Source: Alphaproteobacteria bacterium (lineage in GTDB: Bacteria; Pseudomonadota; Alphaproteobacteria; Bin95). Taken from it: DNA of 64,000 nucleotides. Below are positions 54,966 through 64,000 of the stretch, one piece after another. The position numbers were made by a program, and so were the translations under genes. The notes beneath the pieces were generated by a model. That model searched no databases and was not told the DNA's origin. It was given only the letters and a program-made list of their open reading frames with translations. The DNA lies in the NCBI GenBank assembly GCA_964291285.2, contig OZ219786.1, positions 1,344,001 to 1,408,000 on the forward strand, in the 5' to 3' direction. Position 1 is the first letter of the stretch; each line of letters begins with the position of its first letter.

Positions 54966-57900
54966 CTACCATCGCAGCGCGCCGCGCAGCATGAGGCTGT
55001 CTTCGGGAGCCGGGCCCGGACGGTGCGCGCCCTCGAGGCCGAGGGAGAGCCCCGCGCCCATGCGGTAGCGCGCGCCGAGCCGCAGGGTGCGCCCGCCCGT
55101 CTCCGCCAGGCTGAGGCCCGCCCAGGGGGTGAGCACCGCCAGCGGCCCCGGACCGGGCAGGCCGAACCCGTGGCCCACCTCCGCCTCCAGGCGGCTCTCC
55201 GCCCCTTCCGGCGCCGTGCTGTCCGCCGCCGCGGGCAGGCCGTGGTCGAACAGCCGGTCCAGGCCGCTCTCAGTGCGCCCGTGCGCGGGACCGAAGGCGA
55301 GGAACGTCCCGCGCCCGTCCGCTCCGGGATCGAGGCGCACCAGCGCGCTCACGCCCCATTCGTCGCGGTCCGCCTCATGCGCCGCCAGGAGCCGCGCGCG
55401 CAACTCCGCCGTCAGGCCCGCCGCCGGGTCATGCCATGTCACGCCCGCCCCGGCCTCGAGGCCCGCCCCTTCGCCAACGTCGCCGCCGTCATGGCGCACC
55501 CCCGCCTCCAGAGCCGGCGTCAGCGTCGCGCCGCCCGCCAGCGCGTGCTCGTACGATCCCTCCAGCAGCAGCCGCAGCCGCGTCGTCCTCGCCGTCAGCC
55601 CCGCCAGGCCGTCATCGGACCCCGTGCGCAGGCGCGCCGCCGAACCCTCGCCCTTCACCGCAAGGCGCGTCATCCCGCCCGCGATGAGCTCCGCATCCTC
55701 GACCAGGACGCTGCGCCCGCCCGCCGCCGCGCTCCACTGCGTCAGGTCCGCACTGCGCGAAGGCGCGCCCTCCTCGGCAATCCGCACCTCGCCGGTCCCG
55801 TAGCCGAGGCTCGCCCACAGGGTCGAGCCGTCCGGCAGCAGCCACGCCGCATAGGGGTGCACCGACGTGATCGTGGTCTCGTGCACGCCCTTCACCCGGC
55901 CGGCGGCGCCGGTCGTCCGCGTGTCCAGCTCGCCCCGCGCATGGGAGAGCGCCGCCCCCGCCAGAAGGTCCGGGCGCACCCGCACATCCGCCCCCAGCTG
56001 CGCCGACCACAGGCCGCCGTCCCAGGTGACATCCTTCTCCGAACCCGACAGCGACAGCCACTCGCCCCGGCCCCATACCGCCAACGGCGGCGCCTCGTCC
56101 TCTCCGGCGCCCGCCGCCAGCGTGAAGGACGCCCCGTCCAGTATCTCGCTCAGCGTCGGACCGGGTTCCTCCGGGCGCGGCGGCACGGCCCGGGCGGACC
56201 GGGCATACCCGACCGGCGACGACGGCAGGGCGCCGAACCGCAGCGAACTGCCCGGCCTGCCGGACGCCGCCGCCTCGATGCGGTCCGTCACCGCCCCCAG
56301 CGTCCGCGACATCGCCGCCGCCGCCACATGCGGCAGCACCGCCGCATTCACCCGGTTCGCCCGTGACACGGACCCCGCCGCCCGGTCGCGCAGCACGCCC
56401 GCAGCCGTCGCGTCGCTCCCCACCGCGTAGCCCGCACCATCGTTCAGCGTGATGCGGTAGGCTTCCGCCCCTTCCGTATCCGCATCGGCCGCCGTCGGGA
56501 TCGTCACCACCCCCGTGGTGCGCCCCGCGGCGCCGAACACCGCGTCGAACGAACGCGGCCCCAGCCCGCCCGGAACGTCCCCGGCATCGAAGCCGCTCGC
56601 GTTGCGCGCCGACAGCGTCAGGCTGACCGTCAGGCTGCCCGTCAGCGCCCGGTCGGCGGTCACCGCGAGGCGGATGTCGTCGCCCTCGGTCACCGCCGCA
56701 GGATCCTGCGCCAGCGTCAGCACCGGCAACAGCGTCGTGTCCGTCACCGTCACCGCCACCGGATCGATCGACACCGGACCGTAGCCGCCGCCCGAGGCGC
56801 CGTGCGTCAGCGTCGCCGTGTCGTCGGTCGTGTCCTCGTCACGGGCCGCGCGCACCGTCACCGTCTGCGCCGTGTCCCAGTCGGTCGTGGTGAAGGTCAG
56901 GCTGGCCGGTTCCACCGTCACGTCGCCCGAGGCGCCGCCCACCGTCACCGTGACATCGCCCGAGGGTTCGGTGTCCAGCACCACCGTGTAGGCGGCGCTG
57001 CTGCCCTCCGCGACCGTCAGCGCGGTCGGCGTCACCGTCACGCTTCCGTCTGAAGCAGGGGTCGTACTGCCGCCGCCTCCGGAAGCCGCCGCCACCGTCA
57101 CCCGCGCCGGCGCATCCGGGCCGGCGCCGGGGCCGGCCGCGTTCACCGCGCGTACCTCGAACTGGTACGTGCCGCCGGCCAGCCCGCTCACCTCGTGGCG
57201 GGTGGTGCCCGCACCGGAGCCGGGAATGTCCTCCCACTCGCCCCAAGCGGCGCTGCCGGTCTTCCGCCGCACCTGCCACTTCGTGACCGTGGGGTTCGCC
57301 AGGTCGGTCCAGGTCAGCGTCACCGAACCGGCGCCCGCCGCGCCGGCAAGACCGGTCGGCTTCGCCGGCGCCACGCCGCTGTCCACCACGCTCACCACCA
57401 CATCGGCGATGCTCACCGAGCCGTAACCGCCGCCAGACGCGCCGTGCGTCAGCGTCGCCGTGTCGTCGGTCGTGTCCGTGTCCGTGCCCGCGTTCACCGT
57501 CACCGTCTGCGGGACGGTCCAGTTCGAAGTCGTGAAGGTCAGCGGCGAGCCTGTCACCGTCACGTCGCCCGACGCGCCGCCCACCGTCACCGTCACATCG
57601 GCCGACGGCACCGTGTCCAGCCGCACCGTGTAGCTGCCGGAGCCGCCCTCAGCCACCCGCAGCGCCGCCGTCGATACCGTCACGCCGGGCACCGTCGGCG
57701 CCAGCGGCGTCGCCGTCGCCCAGCCCGTCCCGGCACCATCGCCCGCAGGGTTCACCGCGCGCAGCCGGAAGCTGTATTCGCTGCCGTTCTCCAGGCCCGT
57801 CACCGTGTGGGTCGTCGTGGTGGCGCCCGCACCCGGAATCGCCGTCCAGGCCGCGCTTGCCCTGACGCCCGTCTTGCCGTGGCCCAGCTCGTAGCCGGTG

Positions 57901-60900
57901 ATGCTCGCATTGTCCGGGTCGGTCCAGGTCAGCACCACCTGCCCGTTACCCGCCGCCGCGGCCAGTCCCGTCGGCGCCGCCGGCAGCGAAACCGACTCGG
58001 TCACGCTCACCACCACGTTGCCGATCGAAACCGGGCCGTAGCCCCCGCCCGACGCGCTGTGCGTCAGCGTCACGTCGGGGTCCGTGTCCGCGTCCGGGTC
58101 CAGGGCGGCGTTCACCGTCACCGTCTGCGCCGTGCTCCAGTTGTTCACCGCAAACCGCAACTGCGAATCCGGCACCGTCACGTCGCCCGACGCGCCGCCC
58201 ACCGTCACCACCACCTCTCCCGAAGGCTGCGTGTCCAGCTTCACCGTGTAGGTCCCGGTCCCCCCTTCATCCACCGTCAGCGTGCCGGACGACACCGTAA
58301 CCCCCTTCGTGTCGTCCTCCGTCACCGTCACCACCACACTGTCGACCGAAACCGAGCCGTAGCCCCCGCCCGACGCGCTGTGGGTCAGCGTCACATCGGG
58401 GTCCGTGTCCCCGTCCGGGTCCTGCGCCGCGCTCACCGTCACCGTCTGCGCCGTGCCGTAGCTGGTTGTCGTGAAGGTCAGGCTCGGCGGGCTCACCGTC
58501 ACGTCGCCCGACGCGCCGCCCACCGTCACCGTCACGTCCGACGAAGGCGCCGTGCTCAGCTTCACCGTGTAGGTCCCGTTCGCTCCTTCCGCCACCGTCA
58601 GCGCCGACTTCGAAACCACCACCCCCACCGGCGTCGCCGTCACCTCGTCCGACCACACCGACTGAACGGCCGCCCCGCCGCTGCCGCGCCGGGCGAACAG
58701 CCGGAACGTGTAGGCCGTCCCGTTCGTCAGCCCCGTCACCGTCGCGCTCGTCGCACTGCCCGAGACCGTCCGGGTCGCGCCCCAGCTGCCGGCCCCGCTC
58801 TTGTACTGATAACCCCAGGTCGAGACATTCGCCTGCGCGCCCCAGCTCAGGGTGACCGAGCCGTCGCCCGCCGCCGCCGTGAGGACCGGCTTCGCCGGCT
58901 TCGCTGTCGTCGCCGAGGGCGTCGCCGTCTTCCAGTCGGTGGCGGCGCCGTCGCCGGCGGCGTTCACCGCGCGCAGCTTGAAGCTGTATTCGGCATCGTT
59001 GTCCAGACCCGTCACCGTGTGGGTCACGGTGGTAGCGCCCGAATCCGGTATGGCGACCCACGCCGCGCTTGCCCTGACGCCCGTCTTGGCGTGGCGCAGC
59101 TTGTAGCCGGTGATGCTCGCATTGTTCGGGTCGGTCCACGACAGTACCGCCTGACCGTTGCCCGCCGACGCCGTCAATCCCGCCGGCTTCGGCGGAACCT
59201 GACCCCCGCCCGAACCCACCGTCACCGACACCGTCCCCGCATCCGGGATGAACGTCTTCGAGGCCCCCGTCAGCGTGAACGCATGGTTGATCACCGCCGT
59301 CCCCGCCGCCACCCCGGTCACCGTCACCGCCTGCGCCACGTTGTAGTCGCTCGTCGTGAACGTCAGGCTCGACGGACTTACCCTCGCCTTGTCCGCCGCC
59401 GAACTCGACAGCGCAAGAGTGCCCGCAAATGCCCGGTTCAGCTTCACCGTGTATGTCGCCGTCGCTCCCGGCGAAACCGTCACCGGCGCATCCGCGAACG
59501 TCAGCGCCGGCCTGTCCGGCCTGTTGGTCGTCAACTCGATCACATTGGAATCCGGGCCGTTCAGGCTGAAGAGGCCGCCGCCGACAAACCGAGACCCGAT
59601 CGGCTGGACGTAATATTCATATACCTCGCCGTGCAACGACCCCGAACCTGACCATTGCCGGGTACCGGCGCCGCCCGTGTGGCTCGGCCCGCGCCATGAT
59701 GTACTCCCCCTGTTCCGGTAATACGCGTACCAAAAGCCGATGACATCGGCGTTGATGACGATCCTGTGCGGGCCGCCGGAGGTCGTCGTCCAGGTGAGAT
59801 TATGCGCGCCGTTGGCGCCCGCCGCGCCCGTCAGCACCGCCGCAACCGCAGCCCCCGGCGTGGCCGTCTGTTCCGCCGACGCCGTACCGTTGCCGGCATC
59901 GCTCACCGCCCGAAGCTTGAACGCATAGGCCGTGTCGTTGGTCAGACCCGTCACTTCGGCGTATGCCTTCGCCGCTGTGGAACCCGGAATCGCCGTCCAC
60001 GAGCCGTAACTTCCGGCCCCCGCCTTCCGCTGATACTCCCAGCCGGTGATGCTGGCGTCGTCCGGGTCGGTCCAGGTCAGCCATACCTTCGTGTTGCCCG
60101 GAGACACCGCGAACCCCGCCGGCGCAGCCGGCACGGGAGACGCCTCGGTGGTCGCGCTCCGCTCCCCGGAGGCCGCGCCGGCGCCGGCCGCATTCCTCGC
60201 CCGGATCCGGAACGTGTAGGCCGTGCCGGCCTTCAGGCCCGTCACCACATGGCCGATGGTTGTCGCCGTCGAACCCGGAACCGCCCTCCACGCGCCGTAA
60301 CTCCCGGTGCCCTCCTTGTACTGGTATTCCCAACCGGTGATGCTGGCGTCGTTCGGATTGGCCCACGCAAGCGTGACCCGATCCGAGGCCGGCAGGGCGG
60401 CAGTCAGGGTCGGCTGGCCCGGAACCTGCACGACGGTATAGGTGGTCTCCGTCTGCGCTTCCGTCGCCGCCGTGCCGTCATGGCCCTTCCAGTGCCAGCG
60501 GACAGTATGGACGCCGACGCCCAGCGAGGCGCAGGGATACAGGTTCTGGCCGCGTCCCGTCCGCACGCCGGCGATATTGCTCGAGACCCGGACACCGTGG
60601 GTGCCGTGCGACAGCGCCGAATGCGCGGCCTTGGGCGTCCTGCCGGGGCGCGACTCCAGATAGGTCGAGGTGGCCGTCGTGACCGCAAGAAGGTTGAAAC
60701 ACGCCTGCACCGTCCCGCCGGACGGCACGGCCAGGGTCCGGCTCGGCGTGGAGACCAGCGTCGGGGTCTCCGCCCGCGGCGTGGCTTCGGCCCAGCCCCT
60801 GTTGGCGATGACGTTGGTATGCTGATTGCCGGTGTTCGATTCGTGGGCCACAAGCTGGTAGGAGTACTTCTTGCCGTTGGTCGTCGACAGGCTGAAACTG

Positions 60901-61637
60901 GCCGTGTGCTGGTTGGCGTCGTGCTTTATCGAACCGACCACTCCCGGGGTACCGCTGCCCAATGTGTACCAACCATAGGTAATACCGTCCACGACCCACC
61001 GGATGGACCAGCGCACGACAGGATTGCCCAAGCCGCTGACCGAGGCGCTGATATCCACCCAGCCGTCGTTCGCAGTCGCCGTGACGCTGACCGTGCCGGG
61101 GGTGACCGCCGTGGGCGTCGCGGTGACTGCGTTGGAAATGAAGACGATATCCGGTGTGCCCGGGATCGGGTTGTCGTAGTGGATAGCGACCTGGAAGGTG
61201 TATTCGCTGCCGTTGTCCAGACCCGTCACGGTGTGCGTTCGAATGGTCCCCGCGCCAGAAATCCTCTGCCAATTACCGTAGCTTCCCGTACCCTTCTTCT
61301 GCCGATACCGCCAAGGATTCGGATCCAAGTCAGAGTCCAAAGTCAAGGCCCAGTTCAGCGTCACCTGCCCGTTGCCCGGCGTGGCGGTCAGGGTGGTGCC
61401 TGATTGCGCTTGCGCGTCCTGGGGCGCGAGGGCGGCGGCCAGCGTGATGAGGAAGAGGGCAGCGAGTCCCGCCTTCAGGCGGCGGGCGGTTCTCCCGGGG
61501 GCGCCCACCGGCTCAGCCCCGCGCCCTGACTCTTGAGGGGGGGGGGGTACAACGAGTTCGGGTTCGCGCGCGCGTGAGGCGCCCCGCCCGAAGAGCCGCA
61601 GGTCATGCATCCCGATATCGCCCGGCATCCGCGTCAT
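54966..61637 (-). CDS. Giant autotransporter-type adhesin with fibronectin type III and Calx-beta/cadherin-like repeats (~2220 aa)
   Basis: GGAGG/GAGG RBS before ATG 61637; extended signal region ending AQA; repeated LTWT...GWEY...VTGL.NG..Y.F..RA.N FN3 units; LTVAEG..YTVKL repeats; beta-barrel ending in W. Confidence 0.88.
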   Translation of the reverse strand: MTRMPGDIGMHDLRLFGRGASRAREPELVVPPPPQESGRGAEPVGAPGRTARRLKAGLAALFLITLAAALAPQDAQAQSGTTLTATPGNGQVTLNWALTLDSDLDPNPWRYRQKKGTGSYGNWQRISGAGTIRTHTVTGLDNGSEYTFQVAIHYDNPIPGTPDIVFISNAVTATPTAVTPGTVSVTATANDGWVDISASVSGLGNPVVRWSIRWVVDGITYGWYTLGSGTPGVVGSIKHDANQHTASFSLSTTNGKKYSYQLVAHESNTGNQHTNVIANRGWAEATPRAETPTLVSTPSRTLAVPSGGTVQACFNLLAVTTATSTYLESRPGRTPKAAHSALSHGTHGVRVSSNIAGVRTGRGQNLYPCASLGVGVHTVRWHWKGHDGTAATEAQTETTYTVVQVPGQPTLTAALPASDRVTLAWANPNDASITGWEYQYKEGTGSYGAWRAVPGSTATTIGHVVTGLKAGTAYTFRIRARNAAGAGAASGERSATTEASPVPAAPAGFAVSPGNTKVWLTWTDPDDASITGWEYQRKAGAGSYGSWTAIPGSTAAKAYAEVTGLTNDTAYAFKLRAVSDAGNGTASAEQTATPGAAVAAVLTGAAGANGAHNLTWTTTSGGPHRIVINADVIGFWYAYYRNRGSTSWRGPSHTGGAGTRQWSGSGSLHGEVYEYYVQPIGSRFVGGGLFSLNGPDSNVIELTTNRPDRPALTFADAPVTVSPGATATYTVKLNRAFAGTLALSSSAADKARVSPSSLTFTTSDYNVAQAVTVTGVAAGTAVINHAFTLTGASKTFIPDAGTVSVTVGSGGGQVPPKPAGLTASAGNGQAVLSWTDPNNASITGYKLRHAKTGVRASAAWVAIPDSGATTVTHTVTGLDNDAEYSFKLRAVNAAGDGAATDWKTATPSATTAKPAKPVLTAAAGDGSVTLSWGAQANVSTWGYQYKSGAGSWGATRTVSGSATSATVTGLTNGTAYTFRLFARRGSGGAAVQSVWSDEVTATPVGVVVSKSALTVAEGANGTYTVKLSTAPSSDVTVTVGGASGDVTVSPPSLTFTTTSYGTAQTVTVSAAQDPDGDTDPDVTLTHSASGGGYGSVSVDSVVVTVTEDDTKGVTVSSGTLTVDEGGTGTYTVKLDTQPSGEVVVTVGGASGDVTVPDSQLRFAVNNWSTAQTVTVNAALDPDADTDPDVTLTHSASGGGYGPVSIGNVVVSVTESVSLPAAPTGLAAAAGNGQVVLTWTDPDNASITGYELGHGKTGVRASAAWTAIPGAGATTTTHTVTGLENGSEYSFRLRAVNPAGDGAGTGWATATPLAPTVPGVTVSTAALRVAEGGSGSYTVRLDTVPSADVTVTVGGASGDVTVTGSPLTFTTSNWTVPQTVTVNAGTDTDTTDDTATLTHGASGGGYGSVSIADVVVSVVDSGVAPAKPTGLAGAAGAGSVTLTWTDLANPTVTKWQVRRKTGSAAWGEWEDIPGSGAGTTRHEVSGLAGGTYQFEVRAVNAAGPGAGPDAPARVTVAAASGGGGSTTPASDGSVTVTPTALTVAEGSSAAYTVVLDTEPSGDVTVTVGGASGDVTVEPASLTFTTTDWDTAQTVTVRAARDEDTTDDTATLTHGASGGGYGPVSIDPVAVTVTDTTLLPVLTLAQDPAAVTEGDDIRLAVTADRALTGSLTVSLTLSARNASGFDAGDVPGGLGPRSFDAVFGAAGRTTGVVTIPTAADADTEGAEAYRITLNDGAGYAVGSDATAAGVLRDRAAGSVSRANRVNAAVLPHVAAAAMSRTLGAVTDRIEAAASGRPGSSLRFGALPSSPVGYARSARAVPPRPEEPGPTLSEILDGASFTLAAGAGEDEAPPLAVWGRGEWLSLSGSEKDVTWDGGLWSAQLGADVRVRPDLLAGAALSHARGELDTRTTGAAGRVKGVHETTITSVHPYAAWLLPDGSTLWASLGYGTGEVRIAEEGAPSRSADLTQWSAAAGGRSVLVEDAELIAGGMTRLAVKGEGSAARLRTGSDDGLAGLTARTTRLRLLLEGSYEHALAGGATLTPALEAGVRHDGGDVGEGAGLEAGAGVTWHDPAAGLTAELRARLLAAHEADRDEWGVSALVRLDPGADGRGTFLAFGPAHGRTESGLDRLFDHGLPAAADSTAPEGAESRLEAEVGHGFGLPGPGPLAVLTPWAGLSLAETGGRTLRLGARYRMGAGLSLGLEGAHRPGPAPEDSLMLRGALRW

Positions 61638-61849
61638 GACCTCATCCTCCCGTCCCTGATTCCAAGCCCGCGCCGCGCCCGCACGGCCGCAGCGAACCCG
61701 CCGGTGCAACCCATAACCCGTCCGCAGGCCGGTTTCAACACGCGCCGCGCCCGACAGCCCGGCAGCCGGACATCCTGCCATCGGCAAGCGCTTCCGGAAC
61801 CGACCGGCGTGCAGCGCAGGGTGGGCGAACCAGCCTTGCCATGACCGCC

Positions 61850-62233
61850 TCAGGGCTGCGGCGCGGGGCCGCCCTCCGGATCGGCGCTGACCGAGACCGC
61901 CTGCCAGCGCGCCGCCGCGCCGGGATCGGTCAGACGGTCCAGGTCGCCCTCACGGGAGAGCCAAGCATCGACAGCATCGCCGAGAGCGGTCCAGCGGTCC
62001 CCAAGGTCGAGGTCCTCCATGCGCTCCTGCTCGATCTTTGCCAGCACCAGCAGTTCGCGCACCGCGCGCCGCATGACGACGGCCGGCACCGCCTCCGCCA
62101 TGATGGCCCGGTGAACGATGTAGCGCGATATTTCCATGCCCGCCTCGTCGGCAAGCTCCCTGATGCGCGCCCACTCGTTCGCGGTCGCCATCACCGCATG
62201 CTGCGTGCGGCGGCCCCCCGGAGCCCGGCTCAT
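61850..62233 (-). CDS. Ribbon-helix-helix (MobC-like) protein
   Basis: QHAVMATANEWARIRELADEAGMEISRYIVHRA pattern, similar in layout to 44486-44827. Confidence 0.6.
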   Translation of the reverse strand: MSRAPGGRRTQHAVMATANEWARIRELADEAGMEISRYIVHRAIMAEAVPAVVMRRAVRELLVLAKIEQERMEDLDLGDRWTALGDAVDAWLSREGDLDRLTDPGAAARWQAVSVSADPEGGPAPQP

Positions 62234-62625
62234 GACAACGCCGCCGGACCTGCCGCAGCCATCAGAATTCCGTGCTTTACCAGCAAAGGTGCTTGCATTT
62301 CTCCCATATCAATTATCATATTCATCCTCTCACAGGTTGATTTGGTGCATCACCACGATGGTCGTGACTTTTTTCGTGCCAGAAACGCATTCATGCATCA
62401 GGCTACCCTCAATGCCCCCCGGAAACAATGCGTTGTCACTGTTTTACTTCCCCCAGTGCCACTATCGCGTTCATGACCTTCCTGTAAGTCAGTCGGATTT
62501 CGTGCCAATGCCTCTTGCCATGCCCGGAAATATACTGTATTCAAGCCCCCTTCATGGGAGGAATGCGACCCTCTGTCAGATAGTGCCCTAACTCGAAAAA
62601 TTACGTTCGGATTTTACACCGCGCC

Positions 62626-63491
62626 GGTCTTCGCGTTCACCCCGCCCGTCTCGTGCCTGCCCCAGTCCGCATCGGGGTCCGAGGTCTGCCCCCTGGCCCC
62701 GGCAACCCGGCCCGTCGAGTGGCTCGCCACCGCCTTGCCGTCGTAGCCGAGATGGCGACCGAAGTCCGGCAACTCCTCGAACAGCGAGGCGCGCAGACGC
62801 CCGATCATCCCCGACACAAGGCCGCGCTCGTCCTCAAGGCGCACCACGCGCCCCAGGAACCGCGAGAAGTTCCAGGCGCCCGGCACCGTCGAGCGCAACG
62901 GCGCCGGACGCCTCACCGCGCGCCCTGCGCAAAGCGCCACCACCGGCGCACCCTGCAAGGGCAGCGCCTCGAACCCGCAAATCTCAAGCAATGCCGGGTT
63001 GCGGCCCAGCTCACGCAGCAGCGACTGCATCGAGGCATGCTGGAACACGATCCCCGCGATCAGAGCCCGCCACATCGCCCGCACCGGGTAGTCGTTGCGA
63101 CCCCGGCCTCGACCCGCCTCAAGCGCCGCCACAACCTTCTCGTCGGGAAGCGTGTCGAGCACCACACGCAGACGCTCAAGGTCCGCAAGGCCCTCCACAG
63201 ACCACCACGAAAAGGCTAACTTCTCCGCTGTCGCCATCACGTTCTCCCAACCAGCGCCGGTGGATGGAACAAGGGCCGCAGGCCCGATGGCGACACCTTC
63301 TACTCAGTCCCGCGCCTCAACGCGACGCGCCCGAAAACCAGCCCGCGCACGGCCATGGGGTGGAAATCCACAAAACCTTTCCCTCCAAACCGCAAAAACC
63401 CCGGAAATCAGCCATCCTGACGGGGTAAGAAAAATCCAGACCCTCCGCAATGCCTTGCTCAGAAAGAACTTCCAAACAGCGCACACGCCTC
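62626..63491 (-). mobile_element. IS copy 2, right segment (transposase 5' half, start 63240)
   Basis: Near-identical to 49625-50490; followed by AAGGC (63492-63496). Confidence 0.93.
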
Positions 63492-63496
63492 AAGGC

Positions 63497-64000
63497 GTCC
63501 CGCCCGACTTGCGCAAAGCGGCCCTCGAAGTTGCCGGTTGCGATTCGGAGTTGTTGGCCATTGTTGATCAGCTATCGGACCCGCCCCAACCGGAATGGAA
63601 GATCGAGGAGGAAAGGAACCGGGTAGAGTGCGAAGCCGAACGGCAACGGATGTTCCAGTCTCACCGCGACGCCCTTGCGAAGTGGGCCGGGGAAATCTCG
63701 GCGGGGGCTATCGGCGTCCTGGTGGAGCCGGCCAACGTCTATCTCGGTCGAAGACGCATCCATGTTCGGCAGCACGCTTCGGATGGCGAGCCGTCTACCC
63801 AGGATATGATGCGTGAATATCTGGGCGGAGATCTGGCGGAACGGGTCATGGCCGGCTTCATCGCTGCCCTCGGTCGCGGCGACCTTCCGACAGCCTCGTC
63901 GATCGCGGAAGTCCACTGCGAGAGCAAGCATTGGCCAGCCGAAGCCGTGATGATCTGCGGTGTCCAGGAATTGCTTCGCCGCGGACAACCGATCCGCGCC
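63497..64000 (+). pseudogene. Continuation of the NACHT/STAND-like NTPase gene
   Basis: Stop-free frame VPPDLRKAALEVAG...LLRRGQPIRA joins in frame to ...GSTEEG at 48551 through the AAGGC duplication. Confidence 0.85.

Larger units (their letters stand above)
51569..62625. mobile_element. ~11-kb integrative element with two tyrosine recombinases and adhesin cargo
   Basis: 10-bp direct repeat ACACCGCGCC at 51559-51568 and 62616-62625; excision restores a 1939-bp IS; subterminal inverted repeats. Confidence 0.9.
37058..64000. mobile_element. Integrative genomic island (right end outside window)
   Basis: Starts at the IS truncation point, integrase 170 bp inside, followed by ssb, DUF2493-like and RHH-like genes and defence-like cargo. 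Confidence 0.7.

Noticed and set aside
53972-55070. DGR variable/template repeat pair
   Set aside because: Differences are not confined to adenines, include an indel, and no reverse transcriptase is present.
56700-59200. Repeats resembling a CRISPR array or DGR template
   Set aside because: They are in-frame domain repeats of the autotransporter; no constant repeat-spacer period, no cas or reverse transcriptase gene.

Overview
GC-rich alphaproteobacterial chromosome segment in three zones. (1) 1-13.2 kb: the canonical tRNA-Tyr/tRNA-Gly/tuf/tRNA-Trp/secE/nusG/rplKAJL/rpoB/rpoC cluster on the minus strand, with divergent rlmB. (2) 13.2-36.2 kb: accessory metabolic genes (1-Cys peroxiredoxin, oxidoreductase-SelD fusion, two CaiB CoA-transferases, MetE-like enzyme, Baeyer-Villiger monooxygenase, GST, 2OG-Fe(II) oxygenase, amidase, HisD paralog, two amidohydrolase-fold genes plus a Rieske protein), tRNA-Arg, deletion pseudogenes and IS5-family insertions. 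(3) 36.3-64 kb: a nested mobile region. An integrase-led island begins where an IS5 transposase is cut off and carries ssb, a DUF2493-like gene, a five-zinc-finger protein and a NACHT/STAND NTPase gene. That gene is split by an ISAs1 and by two tandem 1939-bp IS copies. The second copy is itself interrupted by an ~11-kb element with a 10-bp direct repeat, subterminal inverted repeats, two translationally coupled tyrosine recombinases, a GIY-YIG nuclease, a giant FN3-repeat autotransporter with a C11 tract, and an RHH-like gene. This dual-recombinase cargo element is the best candidate for an undescribed system. Family assignments rest on motif recognition only; no database searches were run.
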